A stretch of DNA of 63,092 nucleotides, filler included, from Atractiella rhizophila (Eukaryota), in NCBI GenBank assembly GCA_021432655.1. It is 6 parts of 6 records of this genome, joined end to end, with 100 filler letters (N's around TTAATTAATTAA, not from the genome) between each part and the next. Parts side by side here need not be neighbours in the genome. Positions count along the whole stretch, not along the records: positions 13,228 to 26,354 come from MU271989.1; positions 26,455 to 39,560 come from MU271990.1; 4 more parts are not named here. The stretch is one strand, 5' to 3'. Of this stretch, positions 15,197 to 27,857 are shown one piece after another. A model generated the notes under the pieces. The model worked only from the letters and a program-made list of their open reading frames with translations. It was not told where the DNA came from and did not search any database. Both the position numbers and the translations under genes were made by a program. How positions within the stretch are numbered: position 1 is the first letter of the stretch; each line of letters opens with the position of its first letter.

Positions 15197-15511
15197 GCTT
15201 CAACAATGTAGATAGTAGCATATATCTTGCGGTTCCACCCAGCTGTAAAGCGACTTTTCAGACAGATGTAACACTTCTGCAACCTTGATCCTGAAATCTT
15301 TGCTGACATGTTCAGTCCTGCCAAAAACCAACTAAAATCAGTTGGGTTAAACAGCGAACCTTTCACTCCAGTGTCGAAGCTTCATAAGATTTGGATACCA
15401 GGCGTCGAAATGCTTTTCCTGATCGACTATCACAATTTTTTCTGCTGCTCTGAGAGCTTCCATGGTCACATTCTCCAAGTCTGCGATGCTAGAAATTCGG
15501 TTAATCCGCAT
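15197..15511 (-). CDS. Putative divergent homeodomain-like protein (3' structure unresolved; may be a pseudogene)
   Basis: ATG at 15511. A 42-nt GT..CAG intron (15359-15318) joins LMKLRHWSER to TEHVSKDFRIKVAEVLHLSEKSLYSW, which matches homeodomain helix spacing up to W48. No WFxNxR continuation found. Confidence 0.35.
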
Positions 15512-15936
15512 GAATTTTTTTTTATCACTGAGCAAGTGTAAAAAATTACAAAGATAGGAACAGGATGAGTTCTAATAAATGAAAGAGGTGGGGCATCAGG
15601 CCATCAGGTTTTTAGGTTTCGAACGTATCTATTCTGGTCGTAAATCTAAAGAACGGTCGCTGTGAAGAATACAAGCATCCAAGGGAAATGGTTTATTAGA
15701 TTTACAACAGTGATTTATTTGTCCCCTTTGTGCTCTAGCAGTTTCAAAATAGCTTTCGGAACCCTCTTCTGATGTATTAACAATGAAAATCTAGGTTAAC
15801 TGATCTTTGTCATACAACATTAAATAAGATCGCTTTAGAGTTCGACAAGTATTTCAACTCTTTCTGTGACCATTGAACCGAAGGGAATGATCCATCCAGA
15901 ACACCATCAAGAGACAGCTCCTCAGTTCTAATTCTC

Positions 15937-17810
15937 ATGAGCTCAGTATTTTCACCCCACTTGGTTGAGGAACATGCTGAATTGCTCAGATCCCTCGAGC
16001 ATGTGCTTTTCGATCTGGTCGAGTCCTTAGACGACATTGATTCTGGCCTGCACAGCGTGTTTTGTGTCTCCCCTCCACCGACGGCTGTCCTAATGTTCGA
16101 CTTGCGCTATCTATTGCTTCTACTCTCTCAAATTTTTGGGTGGTGCTTCATGGATGCTGATAAATTGACAAATTCTTTCGCGACCTTCGAACCGCGGCAA
16201 TGGAGCGACAAGGCTTCTAAATTATGGGCGACAGTTACTAACAATCGTTGTGCACATGTTGTAGCACATTTTGCTATGTGTGACACCCTTTTCGGAAAGC
16301 TGAGTGAGACAGGCGAGAATCTCGAACAAGCCTTCACTGCCGAAGCCGCAAATCTCAGAGTCCAAATAACACGCCATATATTGTTCTATCGACGCATGAA
16401 TTCTCGTCTTGGCAGAATTGGTACGCTTAAATTGCACGAGTCTGCAGAGAACTAAATGGACTTTAGGAGCTGGAATCCAACGACTTTCTGGACATTTTAC
16501 TCGACTGCGGCACTTATTTGCTTCGTGTTATCACTTTTGGTCCAAGATCTCTTCTGACTTTCGGAGTATTCGGCCAAACATCAAGCAACTCAAAGAGGAA
16601 CAACTCGTCGCGTTCGCAGATGGATGGGCATCTTGTCAGCAGAGCTACCGCCGACTCAGCGAGTACCAGTTTCCCTTGACAGTTTCACAATATCGAAGGG
16701 ACCTTTTTCAGCCTATCCCCGTACTTCGTAGTAAGTAGCGTCCCATACGGAAAACACAGCTGACGTACGGGTAAAAAGAACCGTCACAAGAGGTGAGGAC
16801 TTCGTGTGCTCATGCGCAGGGTTTAATGAGGAGGTAGATTCAAGCGCTAAGACCGACCTTCGTCTGCAATGAGCCCCATGCTGCTCTCACCATGGAAGAG
16901 ATCGTGCACACTCCGCTCTACATCTTCCAGTTCCTTTCGCAAGTGCTCAAATGGTTCGACGAGGAAGTGCGAAACAAATGGGAACGCTTACCTTCAGAAC
17001 TACATCTAGTCCTTCACGGCATGCGATATTCCTTTCTTATCGCTCTCTCCGCCTATCAGCTCTTCCGTCAGAAATGGTCCGCGTTTTGTGTCGACTTGAT
17101 TAATCAACAAAAGCTCAATCGTACCGACATATGCAACAGTACCGACAGCTTGGCAGGAGATGAACATTCTCTCAGAGAGGTTATCCTTTGGTTAGAGTCA
17201 GTTTGGAAGGAGGGAACGCTTTTTCTGACCATGAGTTTGTTACTGGATCATGTCTCCTCATCTTCCATCGACAGCTCATCGTCTATCAGCCCATCTATGT
17301 TACCTCCTCGTCGAAAAATTTTACGATGGCTGAAATTCAAGCGACTTTCAAAAGGTAGATCTCCCGTCATCATAGTTGTTTCTCACCTCTCTTTCGTTAG
17401 CCGAATTGCAGCTTACTTCTCAATCCGCCTTCCCCCTAAAGCTCGTGACGGATAATAGTTGGCCAACGAAACGAAATCTTCCCCAGCACGCCTCGCGTAG
17501 CATCATTGACGCCATCATCAAGGACGTGTATGATGCCTTCGGTCTTATCTACCTGCATCTGAGTCGAGAAGTCGGTCGGTGGTATAACTTCGACCGAGAT
17601 TGTCTGAAGCCTACGAGCGATTCAGAATACTATCTCTCCGACGAAAAGCTGATCTCAGCCTATAGGATGAGGCTGAAGTTTATGTCTAAAGCTACGGACG
17701 ATATCTCTGCGTTCATCCACGACTTCGAGAAGGTCACGGAGGAAGAATATCCAAACAAGGTCAAGGTACATAACTATGGGAGCCGAACTTCCTCAACTCG
17801 TCTGCCCTGA
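15937..17810 (+). CDS. Orphan protein, copy B (~5 exons)
   Basis: ORFs 15937-16455, 16409-16738, 16892-17455 and 17376-17810 link through four plausible 45-48 nt introns. Conserved with copy A. No domain recognised. Confidence 0.75.
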
Positions 17811-18224
17811 GTAGCTGTGTTCTTTTCGACTTCGTCATGTTTTGTCGTTTGTTTGTGGTATAGCGAAAGCTATCAGTACGATCTGCATGCCGTAGTTAAA
17901 TTTTCTTGAGTGTCCTGCAATTTCTTCCCATTTCTGCCCATTCTTCCATCCCACTAAGTTCATGTCATTGGAAGGAGTTTCCCACAAGTCAGGTTATCAA
18001 CCCATCCCATCTTTATTTTGTGACTTTCGGATAGCTTATCCTGTGTCAGTTTCCATGGTAAGAGTCATGTCACATACCCTGCAGGAACAATCATCAACAA
18101 CCGATTCAAAAAAATTGAGTGAGCCGCGCAGGATACAGTGTTACTTCCTCCCGTCACCTTATAGAAAGCCTAGAATCATTAATACCAGTAACGGAATACC
18201 CAACTGTTGAACCTAGATCTTGAC

Positions 18225-20767
18225 ATGTCAGTGGACACGAAAAAGCAGAAGCGAAAGGAAGAGAAAAAGGTGAAAAAGCAGGCTTCCAAAGCGCTCTCAA
18301 CAACGAGCGATCTTTTGAAGTTGAAGGGCTCGAAGGAGGAGGAAGATGAAATGCGTTTGAAAAAGGAGGAGAAGAAGGCACGGAAGGCTGAAAAGAAAGC
18401 GAAGAAAGCGGAAACGAACGGGAAGGAGAATGTGATCGTTGAAGAACCTCCTGTTGAGGTAGCGAACGAGGCTAATGGTGATGCGAACGGTGCCACTGAA
18501 GAGTCGAAGAGGAAGAAAGATAAAAAGCGGAAACGTGTTGAAGAAGGGGATGACGGTTCGCCGAAGAAGACAAAAGTCGCCATCGAAGCACCAACTGAAG
18601 ATTACTCCACGTATTTCGAGGAATCACGGATTTCTTTCGATCCTCCTGCCGTTTCAAGTACTTTTACCCCGATTCGCAAGTTCGAAGGGCTGAAAGGGAA
18701 AGTCTCTGATTCATTGCTTAAAGGAGTTGAGGTGTGCTTCCATTTCTATCTTCACACTTGATCGACTCACTGATGGGAACTAAAGGGTTTCACAGCACCG
18801 ACTCCTATCCAAAGCATCACATTTCCCCTCCTCCTCGCAGGACACGACTTGATTGGTATCTCGAAGACCGGAAGTGGGAAGACGCTATCGTTCTCCCTTC
18901 CTTTCGTTTCCCTCCTTTCCTCCTCCAGGAGCGGGAAAGGGAAGGACAAAAAGCCAGCCCTCCTAGTGCTGTCACCAACGCGCGAACTCGCCATTCAGAT
19001 CCAACAGAACATCAACGACCTCCTCCCTTCTTTTGCTCCCGAAACCATCTGCATCTACGGCGGTGTCCCGAAGCCTCCTCAGGTCCAGGCGCTCAAAGAG
19101 GGCAAGCGAATTGTCGTTGGGACGCCTGGGAGGATCAATGATCTCGTCAACGAAGGCAACTTGGATTTGTCGAACGTTTGTTATCTTGTGGTGGATGAGG
19201 CGGATCGATTGTTGGAGAAGGGCTTTCAAGTGGATTTGGAAAAGATCGTATCTCATTGTAAGGGAAAGGAGGAGAGGCAAACCGCCATGTTCTCCGCTAC
19301 CTGGCCGATGGAAGTGAGGCGACTTTGCGAGAATTTCATGAGGGATGGAGCAGTGCGAGTGACCGTCGGAGTGGATGAGCTGAGGGCGAACGAAGACGTC
19401 CAGATGGTCGTACATGTTCTGAGTGATGGGAGACAAAAAGAGACCAGACTCGTAAAGTCGTTACAGGAGGAGGGTTTCAAACCTGGGAAGGGCAAGGCTG
19501 ACAAGAAGGCGCTCATCTTCGCTCTGTACAAGAAAGAGGCGCGTATTGCTTCCACCTTTCCTACCCTTACTGACGTTAGATGACCTCAACAATTACAGGC
19601 TACAAGGCTGTACAATATGCTCAACAGCAAAGGTTACTCTGTCGGATGCATTAATGGCGACATGTCGCAAGATGCACGAATAAAATCTCTCGAGGATTTC
19701 CGTGCAGGTCGCACCCTTCTTCTCGTCGCCACAGGTGCGTCAGAGAGGCAAACCGCCATGTTCTCCGCTACCTGGCCGATGGAAGTGAGGCGACTTTGCG
19801 AGAATTTCATGAGGGATGGAGCAGTGCGAGTGACCGTTGGCGTGGATGAGCTGAGGGCGAACGAAGACGTCCAGATGGTCGTACATGTTCTGAGTGATGG
19901 GAGACAAAAAGAGACCAAACTCGTAAAGTCGTTGCAGGAGGAGGGTTTCAAACCTGGGAAGGGCAAGCCTGACAAGAAGGCGCTCATCTTCGCTCTGTAC
20001 AAGAAAGAGGTGCGTATTGCTTCCACCTTTCCTACTCGTATTGACGCTAGATGGCCTCAACAATTGCAGGCTACAAGGCTGTACAATATGCTCAACAGCA
20101 AAGGTTACTCTGTCGGATGCATTAATGGCGACATGTCGCAAGATGCACGAATAAAATCTCTCGAGGATTTCCGTGCAGGTCGCACCGTTCTTCTCGTCGC
20201 CACAGGTGCGTCACCTATGCACGACCTCTCGTTTTCACTCTGCTGACTAAAATGTTTCGTAGACGTCGCCGCTCGCGGTCTTGACGTTCCAAACGTTGAG
20301 GTGGTCATTAACGTCACGTTCCCCCTGACCATCGAAGTGATTCAGTTCCTCTCGCGCTTCATATCAATACTGATTGAGCTGTCTGCGTGAAGGACTATAT
20401 CCATCGCATCGGTCGCTGTGGGCGTGCTGGCAGGAAGGGCAAGAGTGTGACTTTCTTCACTTCCGAGGATTCATCACACGCCGGCGAGCTGATTCGTGTG
20501 ATCAAGGATGCTGGACAGGGTAAGCATCTCATCCTCCTCCCCTGATGCGCTTCTAAGATGGTTGGGCGGCATAGAACCTCCTGAGGACCTGTTTCAATGG
20601 GGAACCACAATAAAGAAGAAGGTGCATTCTTCATATGGCAACCATTTCCGGTTCGTCGTCCTTCCCTTTCCCTCAGTCAGTCAGAGTGCATTTATTGACG
20701 ACATTGGCTTCCATGGCGCAATAGGGATGACGTGAAAGGGACAGCGAAGAAGATCAAGTTTGATTAG
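18225..20767 (+). CDS. DBP3: DEAD-box RNA helicase Dbp3 (contains internal duplication)
   Basis: K/E-rich N-terminus, [54 protein letters not shown], and the Dbp3-type tail [18 protein letters not shown]. Confidence 0.9.
19272..20213 (+). repeat. 471-bp head-to-tail tandem duplication inside DBP3
   Basis: 19272-19742 and 19743-20213 are nearly identical (about a dozen substitutions). Confidence 0.95.
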
Positions 20768-20990
20768 ATAGATTCATAGATAGAAGACTGTCACGACATG
20801 GTATAACCCAGCAACTAACCCAGACCTGGAATACGATAAACATGCTAGCTGAATATGCACTTTTGAGTCACCAACTTGTACTCTCCTCAAACTAAGTAAC
20901 GAAAATATCTACCACGAACATCTAAGCATTCCCAAACCACCTAAACCTTTCCCTGAAGGCTCATTCCCTCCTCCGCTTGAACCATTCCGA

Positions 20991-22934
20991 TCAACCGCGC
21001 TCCACGATCTCCAATCCCCTCTCGACCCTCCACAAAACATCTGTCGCAAACTTGGAAAACGTGCTCTCCGGCGTGCCCGCGATCGCCTCTCCTCTCGCCG
21101 CGACCATCGCATCCAAAAACGGGGGCATCATCGGACCCAGCGCGACGCCATCCGCTTCGACGTACCATCCCTCCACGACTTCGCGGTACGACTGCAGGGT
21201 GGAGAAGTCGGCGAGGGTGAAGACGCAGGGGAAGGCGGTGGTGAAGAGCTCGAGGGCGCGGTCGTGGAGGGTGGGCGAGTCGGTGGCGATGAAGAGGGGA
21301 CGGTTGAAGGGGAGGAGGTGGGATGGCGAGTGTGGGGGAGAGCGACAGACGAGCTTGGGCTCTTGCTGTTGCTCCTTCTCTGCTTGGAAACCGACTAGCC
21401 TTTTGAGCAGCTTGAAAGGACGACTTATTTTCCCATCTGTCCTCTTCTCCTCTCCATCCTGTCTTCCATTCCTCCACCGATCCACCAACTCCTCCTTGGT
21501 GGCATTGGAGACACCCATCTCGCCCAACAATTCTCCAAACACCCTCAACGCGTTCCTCTCCTTATACTCTCTAAACTTCCCATCCCCAACTCTCAAATGA
21601 ACAGCCCAATACCCCTCTTGCCCACCACCTCTTCCCTGGGCTTGACGAGCAGCGAACGTGCGCAACGTCGACGCGATCTCGTCCGCGACCTTCTTGAGTC
21701 CCGGATTGTTGAACACCATCGTCTTGCGAGCGAGGGAGCGAGCGGAGTATTCGGGAGAGGAGCGGGGGAAGAAGTGGAGGCGAGTGGTCCCAAAGAGTGT
21801 TCCGAGGGCGAGGAGGGCGTGGTCTTTTGTCCGCTCTTTGAGGTCGCTGAGAGGTAGGACAGATAGGTATTTGTTGTAGATGTAGTATCTGTCTTCGGCG
21901 GTTGAGAGGCTGGAAGAAAGACCGGTGGGTGGTGGTGTTGGAGGTGAGGATGGTGGTGGAATGGTGGAGAGGACAGAGAGGGTGGAAGGAGAGACGCTGG
22001 ATATGCGGAATTGGTATAGCTTCTCATCCCAGACTTCAAACACGTCCCCATTCCCGACCAAGCTCCCTTGTTCCTGTAAGATCTTTTGAATGGCCTTATA
22101 GGAACTAGAGAGGCTTCTTTCGCGCTCTACCCCCAACTTCTCCCCAATCCAAGACTCCGAAAACTCCCACCAATCCACGACCCTTCCACCCTGCTCCTCA
22201 TACCCTGAGAGATCAACAAAAGTCTCCCAACCGACCATGGTCCAGTCCCAATAACCTACACACTCCCTACTCAGTCCCCTCTCCCGCTTGCACCCTTCTA
22301 ATCCCTTTTTGCTAGCGGCGCGCAATCGATCATACATTTTGCTGTAGCTGATATACGGAATAGCTGTCCCCAACCACACGGGAGGTAGGAGGAGCGTCCG
22401 ATTGAGCAGAAGGGAAAGGGATAGAGCGTTCTCGAGTGAGATGCGCTGGTTGTGGAACCCGCTGTGCGGGAGGTAAGAGAGGTATTTCTCGTTCGGATCT
22501 GGCGGAGTGGGAGGGGGTCTTGCTTTCCGGAGGAGGGGTACAGGTGTAGGCTTGATCAGCTGCAACGCTGTAGGAGGTATGGTCGCAGTTGTGTTGGACT
22601 GCGACAGCGGCGGAGGAGGTGGAGATGGAGAAGGAGAAGGAGAAGAGGAGACCCATAAGCGCAACAAGAGGAAGAGCACGACACCGCCGAACACGAGCTT
22701 CCGTCGTCCTTTGATCCACTCCCACGCACCCTGCTTCTCGCGCGTCGGGGGAGTCGGGAGCCAGTCGGACCTGGCGATGTTGATGCTGTGGAAGGCACGC
22801 GCGGGCGGCTGAGGAGGCGAGGGCGAGGGAGAGGGCGAGTAGAAGGAACGCTTGCGCGAGGAGCTGCTGGATTCACATTAGCTTTGCACTACGATTACGT
22901 GTCAGATGGGGTTGGCTCACCGCAAGTGTGACAT
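20991..22934 (-). CDS. O-fucosyltransferase-family (GT-B) type II membrane protein
   Basis: ATG at 22934 and intron 22920-22867, then a TM anchor and Pro-rich stem. Motifs YLPHSGFHNQR..NRTLLLP, AVHLRVGDG, LFIATD, FLDAMVAA..GT.ESTFS. Confidence 0.8.
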
Positions 22935-24106
22935 CGTGTAGATGTGTCGTTTTGGGTCGTTTCGTCGTGGTTTGTGTGGCTTTCTGGTGTGGAGTTGAAG
23001 TAGATGTTGAACAAAACCACCAAACGAGAGTGGTGTGATGAAATGGAGCAGGGAGGGATGCGTTGGATACTTGCTGAACTGCTGAAGGGACTCGGGAACC
23101 TGCTGGGTGAGATTTCTGTACAGAAGTAACAAGTGCAATAGTGTGCTCTTGCTCAAATACCAGGATGACAATCACAAAATACCACATGTTCATCCGAGTC
23201 TTGACAGCATCAACCATTATTTTTGTGCTAAGATCATGGAGTCTCGCTTCATGATATCTCACTTGGAGAAGGGCTAGAATTGGCAGGCACATGTCTCATT
23301 CAAGATCCCATCATTCCTTGTGTCCCGATGCGTTGTTATTCATCTTTGAGAGACTCGGAGTACTACAGTGTCAGTTTGAGCCTGACAGCTCAATGTGGAG
23401 CTGTTTGATTGTGATTATCTCAAAGACCGTGGCAGCATTTACTAGGTTTTCATCAAGTTATATTTCCATGAGATTATTAAAACGACTTGGTCAGGATGGC
23501 TTACAAAAATATCTTACCATCAAGAGTGGAACCTCCCAGTCCGTTGTGTGCAACTCATTCGAGTCGTGTCGATTCGTTTCGAGAAACGTAACTCTAGGCT
23601 TGGCTGGTGCGTCGGTTTTGCAAATAATATATTATGTGCGCGCATGATTTACTCGAGCAAGCAAAGACGCTGACATTTCTAGTCCGAATCATGGTTTGAG
23701 ATGAGGAGTCGGTCACAGCCATTCCGTTTGGACTTTAGAGTCTAGGTGTTCCGCCGTTGCCAGTGAGCCAGAGTCTACTTAGAGCATGGGAAGCACCTTG
23801 AGCCTTTCCTGTTTCCTGTTAGCCGTTCCTGTTCGTCAACAGTCCAAAGCAGTCCCGAGTTGTTTTGAAGGGATCTTCAATCAAAAGCCTTGAGGAATAT
23901 CCTCACCCGTCCGCATGCTCTGTCACGACTAACACTCCTCGGCCATAGGAATGGGGATGCCTAACCACCTTTTCACACCTTGTTACGCATGTTGGCTGAA
24001 GGCTGACAGCCCACAGTTCGAGTGAATACTTATATAAGACGTCTTCCAGTCCAGAGGTCGCTTCCCAAAACACCATCAGCTTCGTCTATTACGAATAACT
24101 GGAAAC

Positions 24107-24477
24107 ATGAAGTACCTTGCACTCACCCTTGCTCTCCTGTCCTCCATAGTCCTCGCTGACGAAGTCTGCACCGTTCGTTTCTCATCCTCTACTTCCTCTC
24201 ATCTCGTCTGAGTTATTGAAACAGTGCACGAGCGCCACAGTCATCTCTTGTATCGTGGACGGAATACAGACCTTCCCCTACTCGTGTGCCGTTCCCTCCA
24301 ACAACTTCGAAGTATAGCTCCCACTCCTCTCCTCCATTGCCAAGGGCGTTTTGATGAATGTGTACCCAGGGAGTCTGCGAAGGTCCTGCAGGTTCAGCCG
24401 TGTGCGTTGATTCGCCCTCTAAGCGCGCATTAGAGGACGGCTGTACCGTAAATCTCCAGCTCTTCTTCCGTCCTTAG
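24107..24477 (+). CDS. Small secreted cysteine-rich protein (~85 aa, 3 exons)
   Basis: TATATAAG at ~24031. Signal peptide MKYLALTLALLSSIVLA. Spliced core DEVCTCTSATVISCIVDGIQTFPYSCAVPSNNFEGVCEGPAGSAVCVDSPSKR. Missed by the ORF track; last exon uncertain. Confidence 0.75.
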
Positions 24478-24865
24478 CCTAAATCTTTCCGGTAATGGAC
24501 AGTGCGTTGACGAAAAAACAATCTCGTGCATCGTCGGAGGAATTCAGACTTTCCCTTACTGGTGCGGGACGCCTGATAACAACTTCGAGGGTTTGTGTGA
24601 GGGAGAGCCTGGGAAAGCTGTTTGTGTTGATCCATGAACTTCCCACAAGCGACGATGAGCGATGAGACGATTATATGAGGAAGGATGTACATGTCTGTAC
24701 TACCGAATCAATACCTCCCTTGTAAAGCATTCGTTCGGAGCGACGTTCAGAAACGAAATTGCAGCACCCTCAGTAGCAGGGTGATGCTACTGATAAACGC
24801 AAAGGAGGTTGCTTCATGATAGAAGGACAATGAGGATTGACGGAGGAGAGATAAATTAAGCCCGC

Positions 24866-26354
24866 TCAACGATTTTGATGTTTTTTCCCTACAACGCGCT
24901 CAAATAATTCCTTCTCATAAATCTCGTCCTCTTTCTCATCCCTCTCGTCCACCTCTCGCTCTTCCTTGACCTCATCCACATCCTGCTCCTCATCCGAATC
25001 AGTTAGGACATTCCCTTCCTCGTCGTCCCAAAATGAAGGTGAGGGTGATCGGTAACCAAAAGACAGCTCGTCTGGAGTCCTTTTCCTCTCGATTTGAGAT
25101 GGATAGGTCATCCGGGGAGGATCCCAAGAGAAGCAGTCGTCGATGTTTCTTACTTCCCCAAATGGTAATGCTGAATCCACCTCTTCGACTGATGCCGTCT
25201 CCTTGACTTCCTGTGCATGTTCAGTGGAATCAGAAATCTCAGAGCTCCCTTCTTCTTCTTCCTCGTCGTCCCCATCAGGCACCGACGAGGATTCTTCGTC
25301 CTCCGAGTCAATCAAAGTCCTGTCATGAAGTTGGAACCGCGTGATACGCATGCCCATGGCATGCTTGAGCTGCTGCATTGTCTCATGACTCGTCAGCAGT
25401 CCGAGGTTGTTGAGAGCGGAGCGCATTGCATTCGCAGTAATTTTTTTCTTCAATCCCCACCATCAGCTGAATAGTTGCGGTAAGGAGGGAGAAAGAACGC
25501 ACCTCGTACGATGAGGTATCGCTTGACCAAGAACTGCAGATTATGACTTCTTTGATAACACGAGAGATGAAAGCACGGAGGTGTTGTAGGAGGACTTCGA
25601 CTATGGAGGTCGCGATTTCAGGTTCCGCTGTAAAACTATCCTCAGGAGACGTTCGTTTGAGCAGTCGACTATTACCGTGGCTGATGAGGGAAGCGAACAT
25701 TCCAGGTAAAGCGGAATCCATACTCAGTCAAAGCTGCCACCTTTCCGAGAAAAAACACCTCAGCAGCTTCCTGTAACTCGTTCAGCTGGTCTGCGTCCTC
25801 TTCCTCTTCTCGCTCAGTATCTTCTTCGGCTCCTACCTGTTCTCTCTGTCCCAGGATCCTGTCAACAATCTCATCAAGTCGGCGGAGCGCTCTTTTCTCG
25901 CCGGACTTTCGTCGCCTCCACAAAATGGCGTCGTAGACGGCTTTGCATTCAGCGAGCGAGAGGCTATGCGCACTATAGGGGTGGGAGGCAAGAATGTCAT
26001 CAATTCGTGAACGAAAAGAGCCCACTTTGGTCCGACGCTTTTGTGGTGTGAGGAACTGATACTCTTCGGGAGCAGTTGGGATGCCAGGGGAAGAAGGCCG
26101 AGAGGAAGAGACTTGCGAGGTGTGCGAAGAGGTTGGGTCTGCCGATTGACGAGGTTCGATGTCACAGAGCGAGGTGATGGAGATGTATGCTGACTCTGAA
26201 CGGGAGGGTTCATCGTATTTTTCCACTAGATACGCGGCCATTTGTTCCTCTAGAGCTGTCCAATTGCCTCCTAACTCTCGCGCAGCTGGATGATCCACCG
26301 TCGTTCCTTCTGTCAGAACTGCCTGATCAAGGAGTGAGATGTAGGCATGCACTT
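24866..26354 (-). CDS. Probable Rrn5 (Pol I upstream activation factor subunit), 5' truncated
   Basis: HAYISLL..PAARE..W.ALEEQMA resembles the region after the Rrn5 SANT domain. EPEI..LLQHLRAFISRVIKEVII..ITANAMRSALNNLG resembles its histone fold. Acidic tail. Confidence 0.55.
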
Positions 26355-26454
26355 NNNNNNNNNNNNNNNNNNNNNNNNNNNNNNNNNNNNNNNNNNNNTT
26401 AATTAATTAANNNNNNNNNNNNNNNNNNNNNNNNNNNNNNNNNNNNNNNNNNNN

Positions 26455-27387
26455 GCCTCCCTCCCCCGCACCGCCCGCGACGCACTTCCCTTCCCCGGCT
26501 TCTCCTTCACCTTCTCCCGTCTGCTGAACGTGACGCCGTACGAGGAGACGGGGTTCGGAGGCTACTTCAGCATGGGATTGATAAATACGACGCTGTATGA
26601 GGGAGCGATCGATTGGGTGGATATACCCGATAACTTGGAGAGTTATTGGGTCGTACCCCTGGAGAGGATGGCTATCAATGGGACTAATTTGACGGCGGTG
26701 AAGAGCACTAATGTCGCTATTCACACGGGAACCACACTCGTTGGTGGACCTGCAGCGGCTATTCAGGCCCTATACAGCCTCATTCCAGGTTGGTCGCTTT
26801 CTCCTACTCCACTCCTACTGGTTACTGGTACTTCTTGAGGATGTTTACTGAAATGGGATTGATGGATAGGGAGCGCGCCAGCGACGGGCGAATTCGAAGG
26901 CTACTACTCCTACCCCTGCAACACGACCGTACACATGTCCCTAACCTTCGGTTCTCGAACATACAACATCACCCCCGACGACTTCAACCTCGGCCCCTAC
27001 ACATCATCCGACGAGACCCGCTGTCTCGGCTCCTTCTTCACCCTCGACTTTGGAAAGTCAATCATCACCTGGGTCATCGGCGCCACGTTCCTCAAGAACG
27101 TATACAGCGTCTATCAGTACGACCCGCCCGCGGTGGGCTTTGCGCCGTTGGCGAGGAGCAACCTCACCAGCAACTTTACAATGTCCCTCCTCGCGGCTAA
27201 TCAGTCTAATGCTACGGGAACGCATGGGTCGGGACCGAAGGGGACGCAGGCAGAGGCGTCTCTTCCTCCGTATGAGCATTCGTGGGCTACGACGCTTAGG
27301 GTTGGTTGGGCGGGCGTGGGGGAGGTCGGGTGGAGAGAGGCGGTGATGGTAGGGTTGGGAGTGGCGGGTGCGGGCGTGCTATTATAG
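26455..27387 (+). CDS. Pepsin-like (A1) aspartic peptidase, C-terminal lobe with GPI-like tail; catalytic motif reads HTG
   Basis: YEGAIDW, SYWVVPLERMAING, VAIHTGTTLVGGP, YSYPC, WVIGATFLKNVYSVY..VGFA, hydrophobic C-terminus. 5' end lost at contig edge. Confidence 0.85.
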
Positions 27388-27857
27388 CCTTGGATGGAGA
27401 TGTAGGTGCATGTGACGCGTGAGGTGGTGGATGACGGTGGGTGGTGGGTGAGACCCTCGTTGGAGGGGACGGACTGCAGTTGCCTTGAATCACATCGTCC
27501 ATCATTCAGTCGGATCGATGTAAGTGAAAGGATGTAACATATAATATATCAGGTTGAGACGTTTGAGGTACTTGGAGGACGTGTGTTTAATAGTATTATT
27601 TATGATTTTTCCTTCACTTCCCTACCCTTCCCTTCTCTAATGCCAGAAACTTTTTTGAGTACAAACTGAGTATTGTTCAACTGCTCTTTTCGTCTTGATG
27701 AAGAAGACGGTTCATACGATGCCACCTTTGCAGCTCTTGTCATCATGTTCGAAACTTATGCGAAAGCTCAGAACGTCTAGTCCCAACTTCCTTCAGAGCG
27801 CTGCCATCGGTACACGCTAGACAAGTGGTCCTTCCACACCGGAAACGAAAACCCACA

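Noticed and set aside
20941..22876. Many overlapping antisense and alternate-frame ORFs
   Set aside because: Shadows of GC-rich codon usage in the O-fucosyltransferase gene; the same applies to most short ORFs over MDN1, DBP3 and the NLR.
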